A stretch of DNA of 64,000 nt from Patescibacteria group bacterium (GCA_019752595.1 JAIELV010000001.1:56486-120485), one strand, 5' to 3'. Counted from the stretch's first letter, positions 44,959 through 53,508 are shown. Notes: generated from the sequence alone by a model not told the origin. Numbers and translations are program-made.

Positions 44959-44961
44959 TCA

Positions 44962-46332
44962 ATGCAAATTTCACAAAATCCAGCGACAGAAGAAATACTA
45001 AAGGAAGTCCCTGAACTCACGGACGCTGAGATAGATGAAAAGCTTGCGCGCGCAGTCTTCGCTCAGAAAGCCTGGCGAGAGGTACCGTTTTCAAAACGGG
45101 CGGAGCTTTTTAAAAAACTAGCCCTCATTTTCAGAAGTGAGAAAGAAGTCATTGGAAAAATGATTGCGCTTGAGATGGGCAGACCGCTCGCGGCAGCAAT
45201 TGCTGAATCGGAGAAATCTGCCTGGGCATGCGAATACTATGCAGATAATGCAGAACGACTGCTCACTCCAGAGCCGTTTCCTGAAGGCGCAGGCGAAGGA
45301 GAGATTCGCTTTGAACCCCTGGGCGTCATTCTTGCGGTCATGCCGTGGAATTACCCCTTCTGGCAGGTGGTGCGCTTTGCAGCGCCATCGTTGATGGCGG
45401 GGAACGGGGGGCTTTTAAAGCATGCCTCAAACGTGCCCCAGTCGGCCGCGATGCTCGAGCAGTTATTTTTGAAAGCGGGTTTTCCTGAAGGGGTATTTCA
45501 GAACTTGCCAATTTCTATTCCGCAAACCGCCACAGTAATTGATGACCCACGTGTGGTGGCGGTTACGCTCACAGGAAGCGTGCGTGCAGGTACTTCTGTG
45601 GGGGAAAGAGCAGGGAGAAATTTGAAGAAAATCGTTCTTGAGCTTGGTGGCTCAGATCCGTTTATAGTCTTGAAAGATGCAGATATTACAGAGGCGGCAC
45701 GCGTGGGTGCCGTGGCGCGATTGCAGAATGCGGGGCAAACCTGTATTGCCGCAAAGCGTTTTATTGTTGAGAGGGAAATTGCTGATACGTTTTTGAATGT
45801 ACTCAAGGCAGAGTTTGAAAAATACACCGTCGGTGACCCGATGGATGCGAATGTGATGATGGGCCCTCTCGCGACCAAAAGTATTCTGGACGGCGTTTCG
45901 GAGCAGGTGAGAAAGTCTGTAGAAATGGGGGCAAAGGTGGTTATCGGCGGTACGCCTATCGAAGGAAAGGGCTTCTTCTATATGCCTACGATTCTCACGA
46001 ATTTGAAAAAAGGCATGCCTGCCTACGATGAAGAGATATTCGGCCCCGTAGCTTCCATCATCCCTGTAGAGAGTGAGGAAGAAGCACTAGCGGTTGCAAA
46101 TGATACAGAATTCGGGCTCGGCGCATCCATCTGGACGAAAGACATTGAAAAGGCAAAGAAGCTAGCGGGGAGGATTGAAGCGGGCGCGGTGTTCATTAAC
46201 GCGCAAGTGAAGTCAGATCCGCGCTTGCCGTTTGGTGGTGTAAAGAAAAGCGGTCACGGCAGAGAGCTTGGTGAATACGGCGTCAAGGAATTCGTAAACG
46301 CAAAAACAGTGGCGATTACCCGACCCGTGTAA
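44962..46332 (+). CDS. NAD(P)-dependent aldehyde dehydrogenase (succinate-semialdehyde DH-like)
   Basis: ELGGSDPFIV and the catalytic Cys context GQTCIAAKRF. Confidence 0.9.
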   Translation: MQISQNPATEEILKEVPELTDAEIDEKLARAVFAQKAWREVPFSKRAELFKKLALIFRSEKEVIGKMIALEMGRPLAAAIAESEKSAWACEYYADNAERLLTPEPFPEGAGEGEIRFEPLGVILAVMPWNYPFWQVVRFAAPSLMAGNGGLLKHASNVPQSAAMLEQLFLKAGFPEGVFQNLPISIPQTATVIDDPRVVAVTLTGSVRAGTSVGERAGRNLKKIVLELGGSDPFIVLKDADITEAARVGAVARLQNAGQTCIAAKRFIVEREIADTFLNVLKAEFEKYTVGDPMDANVMMGPLATKSILDGVSEQVRKSVEMGAKVVIGGTPIEGKGFFYMPTILTNLKKGMPAYDEEIFGPVASIIPVESEEEALAVANDTEFGLGASIWTKDIEKAKKLAGRIEAGAVFINAQVKSDPRLPFGGVKKSGHGRELGEYGVKEFVNAKTVAITRPV

Positions 46333-46349
46333 CGTACGCAGAAGAGACT

Positions 46350-46387
46350 CACGATAACTGATATGATATATCATATCAGTTATCGTG
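46350..46387. repeat. perfect 38-bp palindrome cacgataaCTGATATGATATATCATATCAGttatcgtg (copy 2 of the recurring element)
   Basis: Perfect inverted symmetry. Shares the 22-bp core with 31678-31703. It is the only hairpin between the convergent aldehyde DH and purF. Confidence 0.8.
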
Positions 46388-46411
46388 GCGGTCTAGATTA
46401 GAAAAATAGAA

Positions 46412-47851
46412 TTAAAACAACTTGCTGGTTTCCAGTTGTTTGAATTCTTTTGCGCGCTCTTTAATATCAATCGGATATTCGCCTGTAAAACATGAGGTCG
46501 AGAACACTTCGACAGGAAGCCCTGTTGCGCGCACCATGCCTTCAAAGGATAAATAGTGGAGGGAAGTGGCGCCCAGGTATTCGCGGATGTCTTCAGGGGA
46601 TTTACGAGCAGCAATCAAATCTTTTTGGTCAGGAGTATCGATGCCATAGAAATCAGGGTAGCGAACTGGAGGAGATGAGACCAAGAAATGCACTTCCTGT
46701 GCGCCCGCGTCTTTCAGCATTTGTACTAACTGTTTGGAGGTCGTTCCTCGAACAATAGAATCGTCCATAACAACCACTTTTTTCCCACGAATCACTTCGA
46801 CAATTGGTGTGAGTTTTATTTTGACACCCTGTTCACGTATGTGCTGTTCAGGCTGAATGAAGGTACGGTGAATGTAGCGGTTTTTATTCAAACCCATTTC
46901 CATTGGGATACCCAGCGCTTGCGAGTAACCGATAGCAACGGGAAGCGATGTTTCAGGAATCGGGATAATGACGTCCGCCTTGACAGGGTATTCCTTTGCG
47001 AGTTCTTTGCCAAAGTTTTTACGCACTTCGTACACCGATTTGCCTAGTAGCTGTGAATCAGGGCGGGCAAAATACACGAACTCAAAAATATCCAATTTTT
47101 GCGTACCCCACGCTACTTTTACCGAACGCAAACCGCTTTCGTTCACCACCACCATTTCTCCAGGCTCAACGTCGCGAAGGTGTGTAGCGCCTATCGGATG
47201 AAACGCGCAAGTTTCCGAAGCGAAAATGTATCCACCGTTTAATGTACCGATTGAAAGCGGGCGCACGCCATAGGAGTCGCGAATCGCGACTATGGAGTGC
47301 TTGTCCATCATCAAAATTGAAAACGCCCCAGTCATGATGGGGAATACTTTTTGTACTGCTTCTTCAAGATGCACGCCTTCGCGTAAATAAACCGCAACCG
47401 CTTCCGCAATCATCTCTGAATCCGAAAGCATTTTGTACGAAATGTTTTTGGAAGCAAGAAATTCTTGAAGGAGAGTGGTGGAGGGCAAATTGCCGTTATG
47501 GACGAGCGACAAACCAACATCTTCAATCACTGCAGGCTGTGCGTGCTTTACCGATGAGCTCTTTGAGGTTGAGTAGCGGTTGTGTCCGACCGCAATAGAT
47601 CCAGGCAATTTAAGAATGTCTTTTTCTGCGAATACTTGGGCGACAAGCCCCATCTTTTTATGAGTGTAAATCTTTTCGCCGTCGGTCGAGGAAATGCCAG
47701 AAGATTCCTGTCCGCGATGCTGGAGTGCGTACAGGCCGAAGAAGGTAAGGCGCGCCGCGTCCATGCCTTTCCCATAGACGCCGAAAACACCACACTTTTC
47801 GCCGAGGTCAGCCATTACGATGAGTATAGCAAATACTCCGCGTATGCGCAT
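46412..47851 (-). CDS. purF: amidophosphoribosyltransferase
   Basis: N-terminal CGVFGVYG Ntn-glutaminase motif and a PRTase domain. An alternative start at 47815 gives a short propeptide MADLGEKC. Confidence 0.95.
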   Translation of the reverse strand: MRIRGVFAILIVMADLGEKCGVFGVYGKGMDAARLTFFGLYALQHRGQESSGISSTDGEKIYTHKKMGLVAQVFAEKDILKLPGSIAVGHNRYSTSKSSSVKHAQPAVIEDVGLSLVHNGNLPSTTLLQEFLASKNISYKMLSDSEMIAEAVAVYLREGVHLEEAVQKVFPIMTGAFSILMMDKHSIVAIRDSYGVRPLSIGTLNGGYIFASETCAFHPIGATHLRDVEPGEMVVVNESGLRSVKVAWGTQKLDIFEFVYFARPDSQLLGKSVYEVRKNFGKELAKEYPVKADVIIPIPETSLPVAIGYSQALGIPMEMGLNKNRYIHRTFIQPEQHIREQGVKIKLTPIVEVIRGKKVVVMDDSIVRGTTSKQLVQMLKDAGAQEVHFLVSSPPVRYPDFYGIDTPDQKDLIAARKSPEDIREYLGATSLHYLSFEGMVRATGLPVEVFSTSCFTGEYPIDIKERAKEFKQLETSKLF

Positions 47852-47934
47852 TTGTATCTACGCAGATACTGCTCTTGCGAGGTACAATGCACATAGCGAG
47901 GTACGTGGTACGCACTACCGAACGTGTTTTCATA

Positions 47935-48657
47935 ATGCGCACGAGCTTTATCATTCCTGCATATAACGAAGAAAAATATCTTCCCGCTGTTCTCTCAACG
48001 CTCACGGAAGAAATAGCACGGCAGGGCAGTGATTTTGAATGTGAAATTATTGTGGTTGATAACGCCTCTACTGACCGCACGCGTGAAGTGGCAGAATCGT
48101 TTCCGAATGTACACCTGACAGTCGAATCAAAAAAAGGTTCAAGTTTTGCTCGTCAAACGGGATTTCAAAAAGCTTCAGGGGAGATTTTGGTATTTTTTGA
48201 CGCTGATGTACGAGTGCCAGCGGGTTGGATCAGTACCATGCTTTCTGAAATAAAAAAACCAAGCGTTGTAGCGGTGAGTGGTCCCTACATATATTACGAT
48301 CTACCCTCACCATGGCGCTCGGTTGCCTGGCCATACGCGGTCATTCTGGGAAACATCGCACATATGGCAACGGGCTACTGCGTTGCGGGCGGGAATTTGG
48401 TGATTAAGAAAAGCGCACTTGAAGCAATCGGCGGTTTTGATACATCCGTTCTTTTTTACGGAGATGATTTGGACGTCGCGCGTAGGTTGAACGCAGTCGG
48501 CAAAGTGGTGTATACAAAAAAGCTTCCTGTCGAAGCCTCAGCTCGCCGCTTTAACGCGCGCGGAGTGGTAAAGACGACAGGCATTTACGCAGCGAATTTC
48601 CTCTCGGTCGCGCTTCGCAAACGACCGATACGCGCAGAATTTCACGATGTTCGGTAA
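47935..48657 (+). CDS. family 2 glycosyltransferase
   Basis: SFIIPAYNEE...VVDNASTDRT...FFDADV. ATG at 47935; the track gives a TTG at 47875. Confidence 0.8.
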   Translation: MRTSFIIPAYNEEKYLPAVLSTLTEEIARQGSDFECEIIVVDNASTDRTREVAESFPNVHLTVESKKGSSFARQTGFQKASGEILVFFDADVRVPAGWISTMLSEIKKPSVVAVSGPYIYYDLPSPWRSVAWPYAVILGNIAHMATGYCVAGGNLVIKKSALEAIGGFDTSVLFYGDDLDVARRLNAVGKVVYTKKLPVEASARRFNARGVVKTTGIYAANFLSVALRKRPIRAEFHDVR

Positions 48658-49284
48658 TTAGGTGCGCGGGTTTGAGCGAAGCCACTCAATTTGGTTCGCC
48701 GCATCGCGTTCTATCTTTGTCGCGTTTCGTATAAATTTCTTTTGCGAGGGTGAGTAAATCCGATGGTGCGGTGTTTTTGCAAGTAACGTGTCCACGTCCC
48801 ATAAATTCTTCTCAGATGTCACCCAGCCTTTGTCGAACTTTTTTAGATTTACAGGGTCAGAGTAGGAGATAAGAGTTTTTTCGCCACTGACATAGAAGAA
48901 CCATTCGTGAAAGTAGGAGAGCGCGAGTTCACGCGGTGTTTTGTATACGGGGTCGCGGAAACGCAGGCCAGGGTGGTTTGTTTTTGAAATCGCGCCCCAG
49001 TATCCGTTCTTTTTGTAGAGCGCGATTACGTGGTCGTCGTCCTGCACGTGTGACACGAGGTCCATCAAAAGCGGTTGTTCGCCGTGGTACCAAAAAATCG
49101 CAGCCGCGAGCATTGCGCCCTCGATGCACTGAGCTTTCTTTTTACGAAGAACCTTTCGCGGGGAATAGTGGGTGTGTCCGCTCTTCTCGTGGTTCATCGG
49201 AAGCTTATCCAAAAAGTTTTGAACCTTTATAGGCGTGTTCAGACTTTTAAAAACCTTCTCCTCGTCAGGCGTTAAATCGAACAT
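48658..49284 (-). CDS. hypothetical protein, possible transglutaminase-like cysteine peptidase fold
   Basis: Cys in QCIEGAMLAAAIF, then DDDHVIALYKKNGYW, resembles the BTLCP C/H/D arrangement. ATG at 49284 avoids overlap with the riboswitch; the track extends to 49419. Confidence 0.4.
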   Translation of the reverse strand: MFDLTPDEEKVFKSLNTPIKVQNFLDKLPMNHEKSGHTHYSPRKVLRKKKAQCIEGAMLAAAIFWYHGEQPLLMDLVSHVQDDDHVIALYKKNGYWGAISKTNHPGLRFRDPVYKTPRELALSYFHEWFFYVSGEKTLISYSDPVNLKKFDKGWVTSEKNLWDVDTLLAKTPHHRIYSPSQKKFIRNATKIERDAANQIEWLRSNPRT

Positions 49285-49362
49285 ACGGATATCATAATCC
49301 ACAAAATGAATATCTTTACCGCTCCTAACCCTGTGGTACAGTAAGCGGGCGCGGAAACGCGT

Positions 49363-49545
49363 ACTATTTATCAAGAGTTGCGGGGAGGGAATTGGCCCGA
49401 TAATCCGCACGGCAACCATCTGGAAACACAGAAAGGTGCCACTTCCAACCCTTACCCAGCCTACGCGAAAGCTTTGGCGGGCAGAGAGGGAAAGATATCC
49501 GATGACTTTCGTCTGACGTATCTTTCCGCAAGGAAAGATTTTTTA
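49363..49545 (+). promoter_or_regulatory. SAM-I (S-box) riboswitch with terminator, in the metK leader
   Basis: TATCAAGAG..GGGGAGGGAATTGGCCCGATAATCCGCACGGCAACC..GGTGCCACTTCC matches the conserved S-box blocks. An expression-platform terminator, tctttcc-gcaa-ggaaaga plus T6, lies at 49521-49545, ending 12 nt before the metK ATG. Confidence 0.85.
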
Positions 49546-49556
49546 ATTAAATCACT

Positions 49557-50537
49557 ATGATAAGAACAGCAGAATCAGTTACGCAGTCGCATCCCGACAA
49601 AGTGTGCGACCAAATATCAGACGCAATTTTAGACGCGTGTCTTAAGGATGACCCGACGTCACGCGTTGCGGTTGAAACTATGGGCGGCCACGGCATTATT
49701 TCAATTACAGGCGAGCTGACAACGAAAACGTACGTCAACATGCGCGCGATTGCTCAGCAGGTGTACAAAGACTGCGGATATGGAGAAAACATAGGCGTCA
49801 ACGTGAACGTCGTTGAGCAGAGCCCTGAAATTGCCGCAGGTGTGAACCAGGACGGCGCAGGTGACCAAGGAATCATGGTTGGCTACGCAACTGCAGAGAC
49901 TCCAGAAATGCTTCCTTTAGAAGTAATGCTCTCGCGCCATTTGGCGCGCGCTATGGGGCCTCGCGACGGAAAATCACAGGTCACGGTACAGGACGGGAAA
50001 GTGCTTTCGTTTATCACTTCAGTCTGTGCGCCAGATGCGGCATCGGAAGCTGCGCTTGAGAAAGCGGTGAATGATCACATTGTGCCAATTCTCGCGCCTG
50101 GTGTTGATTTGAAAAAAGCATGGCTTCGAAACCCGAACGGAAAGTGGGACATCGGCGGTTTTGCCGCGGACACGGGACTTACGGGAAGAAAACTTGCAGT
50201 CGACAATTATGGTCCGTCCATTCCTTTGGGTGGCGGATGTTTCTCAGGTAAGGACGCGACAAAAGTAGACCGCTCGGCTGCGTACATGGCGCGAAGAATT
50301 GCGGTTGATTACCTCAAAAAGAAAGGTGCGAAAGAGGTGTATGTACATGTTGCATACGCAATCGGTGTCGCCGATCCTTTGATGGCAGTAGTAACTGTTG
50401 ATGGCGTACAGGAAAACATCAGCGGATACGATTTGCGTCCGAAGGCGATTATTGATTTCTTGGACCTTAGGAAGCCTCAGTTCAGAGTGACGTCACAATA
50501 CGGTCACTTTGGAAACGGCTTTACCTGGGACCGCTAA
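49557..50537 (+). CDS. metK: S-adenosylmethionine synthetase (compact 326-aa form)
   Basis: ESVTQSHPDKVCDQISDAILDA, GAGDQG and DRSAAYMARRIA motifs. Confidence 0.95.
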   Translation: MIRTAESVTQSHPDKVCDQISDAILDACLKDDPTSRVAVETMGGHGIISITGELTTKTYVNMRAIAQQVYKDCGYGENIGVNVNVVEQSPEIAAGVNQDGAGDQGIMVGYATAETPEMLPLEVMLSRHLARAMGPRDGKSQVTVQDGKVLSFITSVCAPDAASEAALEKAVNDHIVPILAPGVDLKKAWLRNPNGKWDIGGFAADTGLTGRKLAVDNYGPSIPLGGGCFSGKDATKVDRSAAYMARRIAVDYLKKKGAKEVYVHVAYAIGVADPLMAVVTVDGVQENISGYDLRPKAIIDFLDLRKPQFRVTSQYGHFGNGFTWDR

Positions 50538-50568
50538 AGGCAGAAATGTTATACTTTGTAACTCAACG

Positions 50569-51579
50569 ATGAAAATCGCGATTGTGACAGATGCCTGGTT
50601 TCCGCACGTCTCTGGCGTAGCGACCACCATAAAGGCAACAAAAGACGAGCTCGAGAAAATGGGGCATACGGTCCTCGTTATCGGTCCCGCCGATTTCGAT
50701 TTCCGCGTTCCTCTGCCAACGTACTCAGAAATCAAGCTCGCGCTTTTTGCGGACAGCAAGCTTGCGAAGATGCTCGACGGATTCCGTCCTGACGCAATTC
50801 ACATTTCTGTTGAAGGGCCGTTGGGAATGGCAGCGCGCGGATACTGCAACAAAAGGAAACTTCCATACACGACTGCGTATCACACGATGTTTCCTGAATA
50901 CGTGAATCTCCGAACAGGTATTCCTGTGTCATGGATTTATGTATTTGCTCGCTGGTTCCATTCTGGCGCAGTACGGACAATGGTTGCCACACCGCCCCTT
51001 ATGGAGACTCTCACAAAACGCGGATTCAAGAACCTCGCGTTCTGGAACAGAGGAGTCGATACCACCATCTTCAACACGGAAGATCCGCTTCCACTTCCAG
51101 GCACGAAACCAATCTTCATGTACATGGGGCGCGTAGCAGTTGAAAAAAACATCGAGGCGTTTTTGAAGTTAGATTTGCCAGGAACAAAATATATTGTTGG
51201 TGACGGTCCTGCTCGAAAAGCACTTGAATCGAAATATCCAGAAGTAACGTTTACGGGCTACAAATTCGGACGTGAATTGGCACGCCACGTAGCTGCAGCT
51301 GACGTCTTTGTGTTTCCGTCATTGACGGATACGTTAGGTCTCGTGATGCTCGAAGGAAACGCCTGCGGAGTGCCTGTCGCTGCGCTTCCATCTGAAGCTA
51401 CAAATACCGTTGTGAAGCAGGGAGTAAACGGAGTTGTTTCTGCCGACTTGAAACAAGCGTGTCTTGATGCATTGAAGCTTGATCGTGCAAAGGTGCGCGA
51501 ATATGCGCTTGAATTTGGTTGGAAAAAACCAACTGAGCTGTTCCTTGCGAACCTCGAAGCTTCTCCTGAAGCGAAGTAA
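50569..51579 (+). CDS. family 4 (GT-B) glycosyltransferase
   Basis: MKIAIVTDAWFPHVSGVAT N-terminus and a C-terminal E-x7-E region (GLVMLEGNACGVPV). Confidence 0.8.
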   Translation: MKIAIVTDAWFPHVSGVATTIKATKDELEKMGHTVLVIGPADFDFRVPLPTYSEIKLALFADSKLAKMLDGFRPDAIHISVEGPLGMAARGYCNKRKLPYTTAYHTMFPEYVNLRTGIPVSWIYVFARWFHSGAVRTMVATPPLMETLTKRGFKNLAFWNRGVDTTIFNTEDPLPLPGTKPIFMYMGRVAVEKNIEAFLKLDLPGTKYIVGDGPARKALESKYPEVTFTGYKFGRELARHVAAADVFVFPSLTDTLGLVMLEGNACGVPVAALPSEATNTVVKQGVNGVVSADLKQACLDALKLDRAKVREYALEFGWKKPTELFLANLEASPEAK

Positions 51580-51588
51580 GACACAGTC

Positions 51589-52194
51589 ATGGCATTAGAT
51601 GGTGGCATAGAACGTCTGAACACAAGCGCTCCTTTTACGTACGAAGCTTTTGTTGCCTTGGTTCAACAGGAAGCACGAGCACTTCATGCGTTTGCGTTGT
51701 CTTTGACGAAGAACCTTGCTGGCGCAGATGATCTTATCCAAGAAACTCTTGAGTCAGCTTTAAAAAAGTGGCGCACGTTTGACTCGAGCCTCACTATGGG
51801 GCCGTGGCTTAAAGGAATAATGAGGAATCGATTTATTGATAGTTACCGTAGAGTTCTCGTACGGAAGGAAATACCCTTATCTGACGTTCATGAAGCGTTT
51901 CTCGGCGCCACGTCGGCACTCGCCCAATTTAACGCACCTTCAAAAAGTGAAGAACAAAAAATTACCATAACAAACGCTCACACTCTTGCGCGGGAGTTAC
52001 TTGCGACCTTGCCAGAAGAGCAACGCAGAGTCGTACTTATGGAACAAGATGCTGATATGACGAATGAAGATATAGCGTATGTTTTAAATATTCCACTAGG
52101 TACGGTAAAAAGTCGCCTGCGTTTAGCAAAAGAGAAATTACAGAGGGAACTTGTGAAAAGAGGTATTACTGTTGAAACACTCTTCGTCACATGA
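51589..52194 (+). CDS. ECF-type RNA polymerase sigma factor
   Basis: Region 2 (DLIQETLESALKKW) and region 4 HTH (DIAYVLNIPLGTVKSRLRLAKEKL). Confidence 0.85.
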   Translation: MALDGGIERLNTSAPFTYEAFVALVQQEARALHAFALSLTKNLAGADDLIQETLESALKKWRTFDSSLTMGPWLKGIMRNRFIDSYRRVLVRKEIPLSDVHEAFLGATSALAQFNAPSKSEEQKITITNAHTLARELLATLPEEQRRVVLMEQDADMTNEDIAYVLNIPLGTVKSRLRLAKEKLQRELVKRGITVETLFVT

Positions 52195-52910
52195 AATTTA
52201 TTGCACTCTTTCTTGGTCTCGCCGCACTCCTTATACTCGGTCACGAGGCATACCGCGTGTATCGTGCGTTTGCACTTGCGCGCCCAATAATCGATGCAGC
52301 GGTTCCGTACACGCAGGAGGGTAATGGCACGCGCGTGTTGTTTGCAGGGGAATCAACAGGCGTCGGTACGGGCGCATCACGCCCACAGGAATCAGTAGCG
52401 GGGCGTTTGGGCGCTGACACGCTCGACGCTACGATTGAGAACATTAGTAAAAACGGTGCGCGCATGAGTGATTTACTTTCGGCGTTGCGCTCACTTCCTG
52501 AAGAAAAAACATACGACGTCGTTGTTCTTCAAATTGGCGGAAATGACATACTGAATTTCACCTCACCCGAAAACGTTCGTACGGAATTGCGGTCGGCTCT
52601 CACAGAGGCGACAAAGAGGGGAAAGCGCGTCTACCTCATGACCACGGGTGACGTGGGGAATGCGCCAGCGTTTGGGCCTCTGCTTTCGCGATTGTATACC
52701 GCCCGTACGAATGAGCTCGCGCCCCTGTTCATTGAAGAAGCAAAAAACGCAGGGGCTACGTATGTTGATTTATTTGAACCGAGAGTAAGTGATCCGTTTT
52801 ACCTTGAACCGTTAAAATATCACGCGAAAGACGGCGTACACCCCTCGAGTGACGGGTACGCCATTTGGTATGGAAAACTTAAGAGTGCGATGAAATCAGA
52901 GGTACCATAG
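52191..52910 (+). CDS. membrane-anchored SGNH/GDSL hydrolase
   Basis: N-terminal TM helix; block I VLFAGESTG (Ser nucleophile), GGND, and a DGVHP catalytic His. ATGA overlap with the sigma factor. Confidence 0.75.
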   Translation: MKFIALFLGLAALLILGHEAYRVYRAFALARPIIDAAVPYTQEGNGTRVLFAGESTGVGTGASRPQESVAGRLGADTLDATIENISKNGARMSDLLSALRSLPEEKTYDVVVLQIGGNDILNFTSPENVRTELRSALTEATKRGKRVYLMTTGDVGNAPAFGPLLSRLYTARTNELAPLFIEEAKNAGATYVDLFEPRVSDPFYLEPLKYHAKDGVHPSSDGYAIWYGKLKSAMKSEVP

Positions 52911-52914
52911 ACGT

Positions 52915-53040
52915 ATGGATTTTATACAAGCAGTTATCGCGTTTGCCGTGCAAATCTTTCAGCTCATACTGCAACTGATTATTCAGGTTTTGAGTTTTAT
53001 TCTCTACATATTTCAGTGGATTGTGGGTTTGTTCTCTTGA
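52915..53040 (+). CDS. hypothetical 41-aa hydrophobic peptide
   Basis: MDFIQAVIAFAVQIFQLILQLIIQVLSFILYIFQWIVGLFS starts 5 nt after the SGNH stop. Below the track length cut-off. No RBS seen. Confidence 0.25.
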   Translation: MDFIQAVIAFAVQIFQLILQLIIQVLSFILYIFQWIVGLFS

Positions 53041-53050
53041 GTCGTGTAAT

Positions 53051-53082
53051 AAAAAATCCCCGACGTACGTCGGGGATTTTTT
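53051..53082. terminator. bidirectional intrinsic terminator
   Basis: A6-tccccgacg-ta-cgtcgggga-T7 hairpin between convergent genes. Confidence 0.75.
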
Positions 53083-53093
53083 GAATGAGAAGC

Positions 53094-53420
53094 TTAGAAA
53101 TTGAAGTGTTTAGCGAAAGAGCCTACCAACGGCAATTCTTGCTCTTTCTTGTTTACGGCGTTGATGATGCCCATAATCGCAAAGACCAATACTACGAGGT
53201 TGATAAGGCCCATGAAAGGAATAAATGCCCACAACATACCTCCTAAAAACCAGAGTGCGACTTCAATCACCAAAAGCACTAAGCCCTGCTTTATGTGAAA
53301 TTTTACAAATGGAGTATCTTTCGCAACGATGTACGAAACTATAACCAATGGACCGATGTAGGCGAGGGCTGCCATCACTGTACTGTTGTCGGGTTCAGAT
53401 TTTTTTGCTTCTTCAGTCAT
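53094..53420 (-). CDS. DUF4870-family small membrane protein
   Basis: AALAYIGPL...FVKFHIKQGL motif and three TM helices. ATG at 53420; the track extends upstream through non-coding sequence. Confidence 0.6.
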   Translation of the reverse strand: MTEEAKKSEPDNSTVMAALAYIGPLVIVSYIVAKDTPFVKFHIKQGLVLLVIEVALWFLGGMLWAFIPFMGLINLVVLVFAIMGIINAVNKKEQELPLVGSFAKHFNF

Positions 53421-53432
53421 ATAAAAAATGAA

Positions 53433-53456
53433 ACTAGTATACGCACTAGTATACGC
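53433..53456. repeat. tandem 12-bp direct repeat ACTAGTATACGC x2
   Basis: Exact tandem duplication. Each copy carries TATACT on the coding strand of the downstream minus-strand gene. Probable promoter region. Confidence 0.6.
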
Positions 53457-53471
53457 CCCTAAACTAGCGAA

Positions 53472-53494
53472 AGTGCTATACTTAGTATAGCACT
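53472..53494. repeat. 23-bp palindrome AGTGCTATACTTAGTATAGCACT nested in a cccctaaa/tttagggg outer stem
   Basis: Near-identical element at 63791-63813; half-site at 4706-4719. Lies ~55 nt upstream of the DUF4870 gene start and just downstream of the capA-like stop. Confidence 0.7.
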
Positions 53495-53508
53495 TTAGGG
53501 GCGTGGAT

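Noticed and set aside
31678-46387. Idea that the two identical AT-rich palindromes are terminal repeats of a 14.7-kb mobile island
   Set aside because: The interval contains essential single-copy housekeeping genes (hisS, prmC, uppP) and no integrase, transposase or other mobility gene. The elements sit precisely in 3'-3' spacers, which fits a terminator- or binding-site role better.
46350-46387. Palindrome as a XerCD dif site
   Set aside because: Two copies occur in 15 kb, and there is no resemblance to the dif consensus beyond AT-richness. Symmetry is perfect, unlike the imperfect dif arms.
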